A DNA stretch of 62,929 bases, filler included, from Octopus bimaculoides (GCF_001194135.2; 4 parts of 4 records of this genome joined end to end with filler, not necessarily neighbours in it), one strand, 5' to 3'; positions 11,181-24,065 are shown, numbered from the whole stretch's first letter. Made by a program: numbers and translations. Notes: generated by a model not told the origin, from the letters alone.

Positions 11181-12149
11181 TGCTAGTTATATATGTATCT
11201 ATATGTTATATTTAAATGTTGGTGGGGGGGCTGCTGTTTTGAATAACATCAAATGCACAAGTCAAATGCAAATTGCTTTGGGTGTCAAATTGCTTTTTTG
11301 GAAATTCTGGAAAAAAAAAAAAAAGAATTTAGGCATTTTGTAACTTGGCTGCTGAAGCTGGTGGAATTCCTGAGTTGTATTTGTTCAGCAAGTGACTTTA
11401 TCTGAGATTGTATGTTGAAAGTGAAACAATTACATTATGGGAGAGCTATTTTTTGCCTATTTAATAACACACAAAACTGTTGAAACCACTTTGAACTTAT
11501 TTCATGAGAAACAAGAGTCTGATTTGCTGAATTGGTCGATCTGGCTTTCAGGAAACGCATTTCTGGGAGGATCATTAGAATTGACTGTCTGTGATCTCTG
11601 GCCTTGGTCACATGTCAAAGCAAACGGTTATCAAGGTAACAAATAAGGAGCTTCAGTTGGAAATTCACAAATAAATATCCCAAATTACATGATTCAAGTA
11701 TTTTTTTATGTTTGAGTGAGTTTCTGAAATACTGTGAAATATGTATTCAAGAAAAAAATGCTGTCAAATGTGTGTTTGTATGTGTGTGTGTGTGTGTGTT
11801 TGTATATGTGTCCTTGGGCCTGAAAATAGGAAAGCTGGTTGTTTGTCTATAATAACGATCTAGTGCTTATAGTTGAACCTGTTCAAGATTTAGAGAAGAA
11901 ATTTCAAGCATAGAAGCAAAAGCTTAGAATTGAGAAGCTTTAAAATAAATTTAGTAAAAACTAAAGTGTTAGCAAGTAGGAAAGACAAGAAAATCTGGTT
12001 TACTATGAAAGAAATGACCTATTAAGGCATACCGAAATCATTATGCTACTGTAAGAACAATGTGGAAAAAATTCGAGGAGACATTATTTCTGTTACTAAC
12101 AAATGGTATTCTTTCAGAATAAAGAACAAACTGTATTAGAAATTTCAGA

Positions 12150-12750
12150 ACATGGGACTAGGAAGCTAAGTTGGTTCTATGGAGTACATTTGTCCTCAGC
12201 TGTCTGGACCGCTGCTCTCAACTGTGGTCACCCTACAGCGTCAAACTAATAATGGAACTTGAGGTAGTTCAGCAGTGCTACACCAGGAGGATTGCATCAA
12301 TAGAACAGCTGAACTACTGGGAAAGACTGCAACACCTATGACTCTACTCTCTGGAGCAAAGACAAGAGTGATATGCAGAGGATTCTAGAGGGGTTGGCAC
12401 CAAACTTTGGCACTGAGAGTTATACTGGCTACCAAAATGGACGTCCCACCCATCCCATCTAGAGTGGGGACCAGGGACTTCAATACCTTGGGATTCAAAG
12501 GCCTGCAACTATTTATTAGTTTACCCCCAAAATCTGAGAAGTCAACATGGAATGAGGGTAGATATTTTCAAGAAACAACTTGTCTTTCTGAAGTCCAAGA
12601 TCCCAGGTGAACTTGAAAGGGAGATAACAATATCAAACTTACTCTTTCACCGAAAAGCCAATCACGAGAGAATAGCCATTGAAAAGTTAGTAATACTGGT
12701 GGTACCCAGCATGGCGACAGCCTTTGGATTGAAATACATAAAAGAATGTA
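12150..12750 (+). mobile_element. CR1-like LINE 3' fragment
   Basis: Translation CSQLWSPYSVKLIMELEVVQQCYTRRI...NYWERLQHL*LYSLEQR; tail GGTACCCAGCATGGCGACAGCC...GAAATACATAAAAG; same family as the 39132-42550 LINE. Confidence 0.85.
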
Positions 12751-12890
12751 TGTAAATTCTTTGAACTAAAAAAAAGAAACTTCTATCTTAGTCAGAATTA
12801 GTTCACTGCATTAAGAATACCAGCAATAGCTTAACTATTGTTTCATGAGGATGGCGTCCCTGAAAAATTACCCTCAGCTTTTCATTTGCT

Positions 12891-13013
12891 GTGTCCACAA
12901 AGTCTGGGTACAGGGGGTACATAAAATCATAGCATGAACAATTAAATATAAGAAATAATAATTTCTTAAAGTATGTGTTAATCCCCATGTACCCAGACTT
13001 TGTGGACACCCTG
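12891..13013. mobile_element. Small Tc1/mariner-type MITE
   Basis: Perfect 22-bp inverted repeat GTGTCCACAAAGTCTGGGTACA (12891-12912 and 12988-13009); right end ...CACCCTG|TA. Confidence 0.7.
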
Positions 13014-13049
13014 TATAAATATGCTGAAAAAAAAAAGAAAAGAGAAGTA

Positions 13050-13511
13050 GGAGCAGAGAACTGCGAATAGTTGGTGACAAATAGCGGAAGTTACATGTTT
13101 CAGTTCTAACATCCGGTTACGACGCTAATTTCTATATCTCACGCAGTTTTTCTACAAGCACTCGCGTCTCTTGTGTATATACAAGGATATACATACATAC
13201 ATACAATATATATATATATATACAGACGTCTGTGTGTCGAGACAGAACATACACACGCCCGCCTGTATGTATATAGGTGCGTACATCGACGACAGACACA
13301 ACAATTAGCAATCATCACAAATGTCACATTGATTTTTTCCGTTCTTGGAGGTCTGTCACTTTTTCCTCCGTCACGAATCTCAAATATCTTGTTGATTAAT
13401 TCATTCTTATCTTCACAACACCGAAAAACAAAAAACAAAAAGAAAAGAAATAAAAAAGCATTTTACCTCGGACGAATTGGGATTTGGATTTCCAGTTCTA
13501 AGAGTTAATTG
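13050..13511 (+). promoter_or_regulatory. Candidate CpG-rich promoter and non-coding first exon of the MFSD4-like gene
   Basis: Abrupt switch to CpG-containing sequence; ETS-like GCGGAAGT at ~13083; strong donor TG|GTAAGT at 13511/13512; the coding exon downstream starts with an acceptor (17356), which implies an upstream UTR exon. Inference only. Confidence 0.35.
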
Positions 13512-15562
13512 GTAAGTATAAAAACATTAATTTAAGTGGATGTATTGTATATATATATATATATATACATACACATACATACACACACACGCATATATGT
13601 GTGTATGTTCTATTCTCACATTGTTTTTAATTATTTTTTTCAAAGTTATTTTCCCTTTAATTTTGGGAAATTGCATTCTCTAGTACTTTTAGTTTATTAC
13701 TGTCAAAAATTACGCCAAGTATCAATATATATACACACAAGTGCGTGTGTATTATATATATATATATATATAGTTTTAGGGAAAAGAACCTATAATTTTT
13801 AATGAATTGATTTTAATTGAGTTTTTACTTGTAATTTTGGATTTTATCCCCAATATTATATATATATATATATNNNNNNNNNNNNNNNNNNNNNNNNNNN
13901 NNNNNNNNNNNNNNNNNNNNNNNNNNNNNNNNNNNNNNNNNNNNNNNNNNNNNNNNNNNNNNNNNNNNNNNNNNNNNNNNNNNNNNNNNNNNNNNNNNNN
14001 NNNNNNNNNNNNNNNNNNNNNNNNNNNNNNNNNNNNNNNNNNNNNNNNNNNNNNNNNNNNNNNNNNNNNNNNNNNNNNNNNNNNNNNNNNNNNNNNNNNN
14101 NNNNNNNNNNNNNNNNNNNNNNNNNNNNNNNNNNNNNNNNNNNNNNNNNNNNNNNNNNNNNNNNNNNNNNNNNNNNNNNNNNNNNNNNNNNNNNNNNNNN
14201 NNNNNNNNNNNNNNNNNNNNNNNNNNNNNNNNNNNNNNNNNNNNNNNNNNNNNNNNNNNNNNNNNNNNNNNNNNNNNNNNNNNNNNNNNNNNNNNNNNNN
14301 NNNNNNNNNNNNNNNNNNNNNNNNNNNNNNNNNNNNNNNNNNNNNNNNNNNNNNNNNNNNNNNNNNNNNNNNNNNNNNNNNNNNNNNNNNNNNNNNNTAT
14401 ATATATATATAAGTGTGTGTTTCTGTATATGCATGACTTCAATTTGTGTATGACCTGTTCCTATCGAACCTTTGTAAATAAACTTCGGGTAGCTTTTGAC
14501 TGTTCCTTTCCCGTCATGTGTGTTTTGTACGAAATAAGTAGGTGGGCATGTAGATAGATACAGACAGACAGACCCGGTTTCGATTCCTTGTTAGAATCGT
14601 TCCACTTGCGGCGTCGCTTGTGTCATTGGCGAACGCTTTCTACGTCATGATATCGCAAATTTCTTATCTTTATTTTTTCTGAGATACAAGCAAAACAAAT
14701 CTGTGGCCTTGTACAGAGGTAAACTATTTATTTCCCCCACTACATTATCTTCTTCTTCTTCGTCGTCGTCGTTGTTGCTACAGTGCCTGATCGAAGGAAG
14801 ACGACACCTACTATTATTATTGACTGTTGTGTAAATATATATGGATTCATTACAAACAGCAATTCTGTTGTCGAAGTCATGAGTAAGATTTGTTTCTCTT
14901 TCATTACATTTACTCTCCTTAGCTCTGCTCTGTGTGTGTGTGTATATATATATATATAAATAAAATACAAATAATATATGAGTATATGCATATATACGTA
15001 CATGTATGTACGTACCTACATCTACATGTATATATAGATGCATATCTGGGTACAGGACGTTGCAAAAAAAAACGTGGACAAAATGATAAACGGAGTACAG
15101 AAAACACACAGGCCACATAGAGAACATTTCCTTCATCAGCTGCCACGCACACCACCTAGGGTCGATTTGTTCGACTAAAGGTGGTGCTCCAGCATGGCTG
15201 CAGTCAAATGACTGAAACAAGTAAAAGAAGANNNNNNNNNNNNNNNNNNNNNNNNNNNNNNNNNNNNNNNNNNNNNNNNNNNNNNNNNNNNNNNNNNNNN
15301 NNNNNNNNNNNNNNNNNNNNNNNNNNNNNNNNNNNNNNNNNNNNNNNNNNNNNNNNNNNNNNNNNNNNNNNNNNNNNNNNNNNNNNNNNNNNNNNNNNNN
15401 NNNNNNNNNNNNNNNNNNNNNNNNNNNNNNNNNNNNNNNNNNNNNNNNNNNNNNNNNNNNNNNNNNNNNNNNNNNNNNNNNNNNNNNNNNNNNNNNNNNN
15501 NNNNNNNNNNNNNNNNNNNNNNNNNNNNNNNNNNNNNNNNNNNNNNNNNNNNNNNNNNNNNN

Positions 15563-15708
15563 GTTTTTGTCTACCAAATCCACTCACAAGGCTTTGGTCG
15601 GCCCGAGGCTAGAGTAGAAGACACTTGCCCAAGGTGTCACGCAGTGGGACTGAACCCAGAATCATGTGGTTGGTAAGCAAGCTACTTACCACACAGCCAC
15701 TCCTGCGC
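15563..15708 (-). mobile_element. SINE family A, 5' half
   Basis: Near-exact reverse complement of 42764-42910; begins at a gap edge. Confidence 0.88.
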
Positions 15709-16257
15709 TTATTCGTCATCGCGTCTTCGTTGTCGATTGGTGAGCGGGTGAATGCAGTCGCGAGCACGGAACGCCACCCGCCTTGTAGGGAATTCTGTTA
15801 AAAAATATCCATTTTTCCCAAAGTTAAGAGAATACAGAGTCAGGTGCAGGCACACTTATGTAGGCATGCTTCAATCTCTTGCTCATGTCTTTAGTCACAC
15901 CATATATGTCTTCTCTTCAACATACATTGCATTCTTTCACATATTCCTTCTGCTTCTTATCAATCTCACGACACTATGCTTTTAGCATAACTGACAATGA
16001 CAGTGAATCCCTTCTTTTCGCTCTGCATTGCTCGGAGGGTAACTAAAAATGCCACTTAATCTGTTCTGACCCTTTCATCAGTACTCTTTTGTTCAATTTG
16101 TTGGTACAGGGACCACCTAGTTTTCCTTCCACCTGCCACCACCCTCATTATTCCACCCTACGCTCCCCATTTGCCATCATGAATAGGGCCTCATGTCCAG
16201 TGCATTTCTGTATACTTCATACTTTAGTTTTTAAAAACTATATATATATATAATCAC

Positions 16258-16470
16258 CGTCATCATCATCATCACTCAATGTCCGTTGACCATGGGTTGG
16301 GCGGTTCGACCAGGGCTGGTTAACTGAGGAGCTGCCCCAGACTCCACTCTGATTTGGCATGGTTTCCACAGTTGGATGCTCTTCTAACACCTACCACTCC
16401 AAGAGGGTAATGGGTACTTTTACGTGCTACCTGCACAGGTGCCAGTTGTGTGACACCAACATCTTCCACG
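16258..16470 (-). mobile_element. Family D retroposon 3' part
   Basis: (CAT)n then CAATGTCC...CATGGGTTGG...TTTCCACAGTTGGATGCTCTTCTAACACC.ACCACTCC. Confidence 0.7.
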
Positions 16471-16642
16471 CCTACAATTTCACTTGGCTCAATGGGTCTT
16501 CTTCTCAAGAATGCTGTATTGCCAAAAGTTTTGGTCATTTGTGATTGCCTCCATGAGGCCCAGCACTTGAAAGGTGCTTTGGTACCAGTTACACAACACC
16601 AGCATCGACCACATTGCCTCATATAGATATATATATATACAT

Positions 16643-16679
<37 letters not shown>

Positions 16680-16867
16680 GGTTTGGTAGTACAAACAGGA
16701 CAGATAAAACTCAAAACGTGTGTGTGTATGCACACATGTGTCTGCATGTAGATTATCAATTACATGTGGCGGTTATCAGCAATGGTTGCATATATCAGCA
16801 ATACATGCATATGTATATATGCATGTATGTTTGTATTTATGTAAATATATATATATATATATATATA

Positions 16868-17050
16868 GGTGCAGGAGTGGTTGTGTGGTAAGTAGCTTGC
16901 TTACCAACCATGCTGAATATCCCCGTGAACTACGTTAAGGGTACACGTGTCTGTGGAGTGCTCAGCCACTTGCATGTTAATTTCATGAGCAGGCTGTTCC
17001 ATTGATCAGATCAACTGGAACCCTTGACGTAAGCGATAGAGTACCAACGT
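16868..17050 (+). mobile_element. Chimeric SINE: family A head fused to family C 3' end
   Basis: 16868-16910 GGTGCAGGAGTGGTTGTGTGGTAAGTAGCTTGCTTACCAACCA (family A), followed directly by TGCTGAATATCCCCGTGAACTACGTTAAGGGTACACG (family C). Confidence 0.75.
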
Positions 17051-17380
17051 GGCCCCCTAAAAAAAATCCAGGTTTTGGATTTGGTCCAGATATTAAAATG
17101 GTTGAGGACCACTGATCCAGATTACTCTTATCAACACAATATTTGAGAATCATTGATATTTACCATCTCATCCACTCAAACGAGAATGGAAAAATGGTCG
17201 TAAAAATATAAACCAAAAGAAAAAAAAGAACATTGGAGAGGCTTGAATAATTACTGTAGATATAAGTAGGTGGCATAGATGTCTACAAGAATTGTAGAGA
17301 ACCACTACAGTACAACGATAATACTGGAATAATTGTCTTGTAAATTCTATTTCCAGGTGAAGTTTAACAAACATGGCATC

Positions 17381-17569
17381 ATGATGAATGATGAAGAATC
17401 AGATGCAGTCTCTGCATCAATCCTTGACGATGATGAAGAGGAGATATTTGAAGTTAATCATGACAAACCAATCCTACCTTTAAGACAAAGTGGGAACCGA
17501 GCCACACAATGGACATGGTGTGGAAAATTCCTCAAGTCTGTTGGACTATCAGCGTCTTTTTTAGCTCTC
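17381..17569 (+). CDS. MFSD4: MFSD4/NAGLT1-like MFS transporter, coding exon 1 (exon starts 17357)
   Basis: Acceptor ttccAG| at 17356; MMNDEESD... acidic N-terminus, then KFLKSVGLSASFLAL (TM1 start); donor |GTAAGT at 17570, phase 0, joining GLCLAVPG of the next exon. Confidence 0.75.
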
Positions 17570-18399
17570 GTAAGTTTTGTGACATTCTTATGTTGTCTTT
17601 TTTTTTACTCCCATTTTTTATTCTCTTGTTTTTTTTTCCTGAAATGTTTGCAGTAGTAGGGCAGTAGACTAGATACCTTGTAGTGTTTAGTTTTCTTCCT
17701 GTGTTACCTTATAATCTCTCCTGTACTCATAAAGATCAGTTGGATACTGGGATTGATATAATTGTCTGTATCCCTTCTCAAAAATCTTGTGAATTCATGC
17801 TCTCATTACAAATCCTAATTAGCAGTACTAATGTTATAAATTGTTAATAAATTCTATGGAAGTTCTGTCAGCCTGGTCTGTCCAAGGTGTGTGCAGAGCA
17901 ACGAAACCATTTTGCACTTAATTTGTTCATTGTCAAAGCATTCATTACTGAGATCTGGAGTTCTGTAAACACTTCTGCTGCCATGTGTAGGACAGATCCA
18001 GTTATTGGCAACGTCTTTTGTGAAAGTCTTTCTGTCACTTTCCTTTGGTGTCCTGGAGGGTTAGACAGTGTTTCTCCGTCTGATGGTTATAGCTAGGGCT
18101 GTGGAGTCGGAAACAATTAAGGGGTTGCTGGACACCAATTCCGACTAGCTTTATTCTTTAATATAAACCAGATATCACATATAGGCCTACTCAAGGTACA
18201 AGCGTATGCATATGCTTTATGAGGTCTGTAGGCCACAATCGTTTAATTACATAACGAGGAGTCAGAGATGTTGATAGTAGAGTTGGAGTTGAAGTTTTTT
18301 TATTATGGGGACATAAACACACCAACACCGGTTGCCAAGCAGTGGTGAGGGAAAGTAAGCAGCTAATTAAGGTGCAGATGGGAAAGAGTGAAAACAGGG

Positions 18400-19150
18400 C
18401 TGTATTTGGATAAATCAAATTGGAGGTATGTGAATGAAGGAGAAGTTGGTCAGTACATGCAGTAACTGTGTGGCTTGACCGGAAATGAATACATGTAAAA
18501 CATATTTGCAGCCTAGCTACAAGGTTTTCCTGTTAGATTTATTTGAAGAATCTGCTTAAGTTAAGAGCAACAATCATTGTTTCAACAATGATGTGAAAGT
18601 CAGGTCACCGCTGGTCAGTCACATGGGTGAACAAGTCTCTGGTATGTATTTCGAGGCCATACTGATATTTACTGAGAATGGAGAGAGACAGACAGACAGA
18701 CACCAAATGCAATTAGCTAGGTGATGGTTGACAATTGCTTTCATCGACTGTGACATGTTGGAAGTTAGCAGGGTCAGAGAGGTTGCTTTCATTTGAAGAA
18801 TAGGAAAGGACATTGCAAGTTTGTATAGCACAATAATGGCAGTGTACTATTTGAAGGGTTATGGAAAGAAGATTGTCAGGAAAGTAATGTAGGAATGGGA
18901 TTTCAGTATGGAATGTTTTCTAAAGCTTGTGATACATTTGTGTGGAGAAGTAGAGAAAGTAATATTGAATTATTTGAGGAGAGAAAGAGGGAGCTCCGTA
19001 GCGGACTGTTTAGTGACAACAGGAAGAAGCTGTGGGGTGGGCTTTTTGGGGATGATAAGGACTAGATGCAGAGGAAATAGGTCAGTTTCAAAACATTGAG
19101 GTCAAAGTCACAAAAGCGAAGTTTGAAGGGAATAGTAGTCGTTTCCTTTG
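18400..19150 (-). pseudogene. Degraded LINE reverse transcriptase relic (CR1/Jockey group) in MFSD4-like intron
   Basis: Minus-strand fragments LPVVTKQSATEL, SNLSDPANF, MKAIVNHHL, LSKYQYG..TRDLFTHVT, IVALNLSRFF correspond to RT domains 0-3 (..SDP.NYRPI, QYGFR..RST.DLL, VALDISKAF). Confidence 0.55.
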
Positions 19151-19493
19151 ATTTCCAGATAGAAGCAAAGGGGAAATAACACTTATTGACCAAAGACAAT
19201 AAAATAAAATAAAGTTGTCTTTGGTTCTGTTTGTCTTTTCTATCTCAATTGTCTTTTCTATCTCTTATCATTTAATATAAATTTACATTAATTAACATGT
19301 TAGTTTGAAAAGTTTGCTTTGCAGATACATTTTTCTGGGTTCTGTCCCACTATGATTAAAACTGTTTGCAGAAATGACAGAAACCAGAAAAACATTTAAT
19401 ATATAATTTTGGTTAACGAGCTTATAATCATTATTTGTTGATTATTGATTTCTGTTTCTGTTTTTTTTTTGTTTTTTTACTTTGTATCTGTAG

Positions 19494-19779
19494 GGACTTT
19501 GTTTGGCCGTACCCGGGGTGACATTACTGGACCTGAAAGAACGGGTAGGCACCACCACCGAGTACATCTCCTACATTTTCACAGCACGCTCAGTGGGATA
19601 CCTGCTTGGTTCCATTCTGGGTGGATTTCTGTTTGACCATTTTGACCAGCAGCTGCAACTCTCTTACACCCTCCTCCTCACTTCTGTGGCCACCATCACA
19701 GCACCATGGTGCACTTCTCTTGTTGTTCTGGCTCTCATGATTTCCTTCCAAGGAATCGCAATGGGAGTTCTGGACACAG
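19494..19779 (+). CDS. MFSD4: MFSD4/NAGLT1-like MFS transporter, coding exon 2
   Basis: tgtAG| acceptor; GLCLAVPGVTLLDL...ARSVGYLLGSILGGFLFD...APWC...QGIAMGVLDTG matches MFSD4-family motifs; G|GTGAGT donor. Confidence 0.92.
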
Positions 19780-19904
19780 GTGAGTTAACATACTTCTTTC
19801 ATTACTAACCTAAAAATTTTTTTTGTGAATTTATTGGTAGTGGTCATGGGCAGGAATATGATATTGGTTGTTTTCGTATTTCATTACTGTATTCTAGATG
19901 CTAA

Positions 19905-20310
19905 CATGGCTGTGGTGTTAAGAAGTCTGCTTCCCATACACAAAGTTTCAGGTTCAGTTCCACTGTGTAGCACTTTTGGCGAGTGTCTTGCACTATAGCC
20001 TTGGGCTGACCAAAGCCATGTGTATGTGTGTGTGTAATTTATGCATGTATGTGTGTATGCATGTTATGTCTGTGTGTGTCTGTATATGTATGTGTATATG
20101 TGAGTGTATATGCCTCTTTCTCTTGATATCCCATCATCATCATCATCATCATCATTATCATTGTTGTCGTTTAATGTCTGCTTTCCATGCTGGCATGGGT
20201 TGGATGGTTTGACATGGAGCTAGTTAACCAGGGAGCTGTCCAGACTCCAGTTGTCTGTTGTGGCATGGTTTCCATAGTCTTGATGCCATTCCTAATGCCA
20301 ACCACTTAAC
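19905..20310. mobile_element. Intronic SINE family A 5' half (+, ~19905-20030) and family D 3' part (-, ~20132-20310)
   Basis: GGTTCAGTTCCACTG..GCAC.TTTGGCGAGTGTCTT; (CAT)n GTCGTTTAATGTCTGCTTTCCATGCTGGCATGGGTTGG. Confidence 0.7.
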
Positions 20311-20524
20311 AGTCGAGGTTGACTTTGCCTTTCATCCTTTCGGGGTCATTTTAAGACCTGGAAATTTGTTTCGTAGAGTTAAGGGAGGTCTCTAAAGGGT
20401 TTAAGTAAAAATCCTGTCAGTTTTGTGACTTTGTCGAACTAGTATACTGCATGTTACCACGACTGTAACAATGTTTTGCTTGTATTAAATCTTTTAATTT
20501 TCCTGTTTTTTCTCATCTTTTCAG

Positions 20525-22500
20525 GTGGAAATGTTTTCTGTATGAGAATCTGGGGTCAACAAAGTGGACCTTACATTCAAGCTATGCATTTTGCTTTCGG
20601 TATTGGTGCCTTTATTGCCCCACTATTAGCTAAACCCTTTCTGGCCCCTGTCATATCTAGCAACATGACACCAATTATAACCCATCCCCACCTACACGTG
20701 CATATTCCAGGCATGGATGCCAAACAGCATCTGTTATATCTGCGAGACGTTGGACAACCACTTACCTGGAATCAATCTACAGGTGGCATCAGCACGACTA
20801 CCGAATATTTCAGTGATAGTAACAGTAGTGTATTGGCAGCGGATAACAGTTCCCGAACCCGATACCCTCTGGCTCCAGCCCTCACGTCCACATCACCAAG
20901 ACCGAAAAAACCAAACAGTGCTAATGGAAAATTCCTCAAGAAAACTTATGCCGACGGCCAGCGCATCAAAACTCATTTGATGCAATCTGAAGAATCGGAG
21001 AAGAACAAGAATGCAGTAGAGAATCAGAAAAATGTCATGATGACATCATCCACCACCTCTTTGACTACTAACAGGTTGGCAGCATCCGCTAACGGTTCAA
21101 CTGCAACCGCATCTCCTTCCCTGCCTGTAGACTCAGCTTCTGTCACCACTACTAATATTAAAAATACTGGTACTACTATTACAACCACTACTCCTACTAC
21201 AACAAAGGCAACTGCTGCCGCTACTACTCCTACTACTGCTACAACTACTACTACTACTACTACTACTACTACAACTGCTGCTACTGCAGAAAGCAAGGCA
21301 GTAGTGACGCCCTCCTCCATTCTACAATTAAGGACTGTAACGAATTATGTGATGAAGCAGAAAATTAACCAGAGTTCTTCTGCTGCTGCTAATACTACCA
21401 CCAGTAGTAATCATAGTAGTAGTAGTAGTAGTAGTAACAATGGTGGGAATAATTCAGTATTGACAAGTGGAAATTCTTATTTGCCCTCCAGTAATCAGTC
21501 AGTGTCAACAGAAAATCCCACACTGACCACGTTCCACCCACAAAAGCCTGAGACATTTGACAAGATGCTGAACAATGCCATCCACGCTGTGAAGGGCATG
21601 TCCCACATCCAGTTTGCTTACATGATCATTGGCGTTTTCCTCTTTCTTGTTAGCATATTCTTCATGTGTCTCTACTGCTACGACAAATCCTACCAGAGTC
21701 CAGTTGCTTACCGGTGTGACCGGAAGCACAAGTCTTGCTTTGAGGACCAAGGTTTCCGCATTCAGATCCTCATAGCTCTCTTCATATTCTTCTTCATGTA
21801 CGTCGGCATGGAAGTTACATTTGGCGGGTTTATAATGATTTTTGCTGTCGAACAGTTTCACTGGAGCAAAGACAATAGTGTGATTTTAACGTCACTGTTC
21901 TGGGGAGCACTTGCTACCGGCCGGGGCATGTCTATTTTTATTACCAGATGCTGTGTCCCTTGTTGGATGCTCGTTACAAACATCACACTAGTCCTTCTTG
22001 CCAGTTTAATCCTATCGTTTGGCCTGGTTCACTACCAGGTTCTCCTCTGGGTTGGTACTTTACTGTTTGGTCTCGGTCTCTCATCCTTGTTCCCAACAGG
22101 GATGTCATGGGCCGAAAGCTACATGACAATGACCGGAAAGGCGACCGCTGTCCTGATAGTCGGTTCAGCATTGGGTGAGATGATACTACCAGCCATTACT
22201 GGTTTCTTCTTCACCAAAAAGAAGATGGTTTTGATGTACATAATGTTCAGCTTCAGCCTGCTTAGTTGTCTTTGTTTCATCATAATGCAGAATCTCGCTT
22301 CAAACCAGCATCGCAAGTCAATGAGGAGCGAACTTTCGTCATCGCTCGAACAACAGCAACAGGTGTCACTCATGAACGGTTCACCTTCCAGCCTGTCCCA
22401 TGGATGCAATGGCGACCTCACATGTCGCAAACATGTGACTTTCAAACTCGATCATGACAGGGTCAAATATGACCGGCTCCACTCTTCAGATGAGGAATAA
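20525..22500 (+). CDS. MFSD4: MFSD4/NAGLT1-like MFS transporter, large terminal coding exon
   Basis: tttcAG| at 20524; GGNVFC...QAMHFAFGIGAFIAPLLAKPFL, YVGMEVTFGGFI, FWGALATGRG, SSLFPTGMSW, VGSALGEMILP; stop TAA at 22498-22500. Spliced CDS is 2451 nt (816 aa + stop). Confidence 0.93.
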
Positions 22501-22502
22501 GA

Positions 22503-22545
22503 AATAATAAAATAAATAAATGAAAATAAAATAAAATAAAAATTG
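22503..22545 (+). terminator. Cluster of AATAAA polyadenylation-like signals just after the MFSD4-like stop
   Basis: Several overlapping AATAAA hexamers; may simply be an A-rich simple repeat, so use as a poly(A) signal is not shown. Confidence 0.3.
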
Positions 22546-24065
22546 TGAGGTGGCAAAGGAGAAAAAGACACTTTTAAAAAAAAAAAAAAAGAAAATTTAT
22601 GTTTATATATTTATTTAGAAAATAATTATTTTTTAAATTCTATATTTTTTATTTATTATTTGATTATTATTTTCATTGTTTTCTGCTCCTCCACATCAAA
22701 AACCTACACTCCATGTCCCCCCCCCCTCATCTATAGACTACTTCAATCCTTGATCTTTCACTCATCCTTGCCACACTCCAGTTGTGTTTTTTTTTTCCCT
22801 GCAATTTGCTAAACAAAGATAGTATTCCTTTTGTTTTGTTTTTATAAATAGTTTTTTTTTATCTGTTTGTTTATTTTTGATTGTTACATTGCTATTTTTT
22901 TTGTTTGTTCTCTATTTTGGTTTGTATGTGAGTGTGAACGCTTTACATTCCATTTCAGTATAATGTAATGTCTATGTGTGTATATATACATAAACTTTGA
23001 GTGCAAATATACATCACATACACACACGATGATGTATATGAGTGGATATTAAATATCTTTGCTCATATACACCGCACAGACAGTTGAATATATATTTACA
23101 TACATACATATCTACATACACATATTACATACATACATATGTAAGCAATTATAGAAACATACATTAGCATACATGTAGATTTGTGCACTCACTCACACAA
23201 GGACACACACACACACACACACACATATATTAAGAAAAAGTAGGCTGCCAGAATTATCCAAAATTCTCTCTGTTTCCTTTTTCTTAATATACAATATCTG
23301 CACACCACTTCAAATACTCTATACATACACACGTGCGTGCATGCATGCACATACATACACACACACTCACTATGTGTTTCTGGAAGTTTACCTAGGTTTC
23401 TCAATATATAAAGCATATTTAAACATTGCCTTACTTATGGAGACACCCTGTGTATGTATGTATGTACATGTGTACATCTATGTATTATACATCCACATAC
23501 AAATGCACGTAATTAAAAATCTTATTTATTAACAATTGGATGAAATCATTGATGTTTAAATTAATTTTGATGCAACTTGCTTATTTATTAATGAAGAGAA
23601 CCTTTTTTTTTTTTTTGTAAGAAAGTTTTCCATTTGTTAAATAAACAAGGGATTTATATTTTCCTTATTATTATAATTATTGTTATTGTTATTTCAAATT
23701 TCACTGAAGTTAATTTTGTTTTTCATTCTCCCTGGGGTCAACAAAATGAAGTATCCATTAGGCACTGGGGCCAATATGATCAACTAAACTCCTCCCCCCC
23801 CCAAATTTCAGGCCTTGTACCAATGTTAGAAAGCAATTATTACTACACTTGTCTTTGTTTATTATGATTCATTTATCACTGATCCACATATCACTGTATG
23901 TTCAATTGTGAACTGTCTCACACTTAACTCAAATTGATCTGTGATAACACGGTGTGTGTCAGTGATCAGTCAGAGATTCTGCTTGGATCACAAAAGCATT
24001 CCCCAGGATCATCAATGATGCTCAGGACAACTTGGGGTTTCAGAACGAAGCCTGTTTTTCCTGTT

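Noticed and set aside
20476-20524. Start of the 674-aa ORF (MLVLNLLIFLFFLIFS) as a signal peptide
   Set aside because: It is the polypyrimidine tract of the intron; the acceptor at 20524 joins exon 2 in phase.
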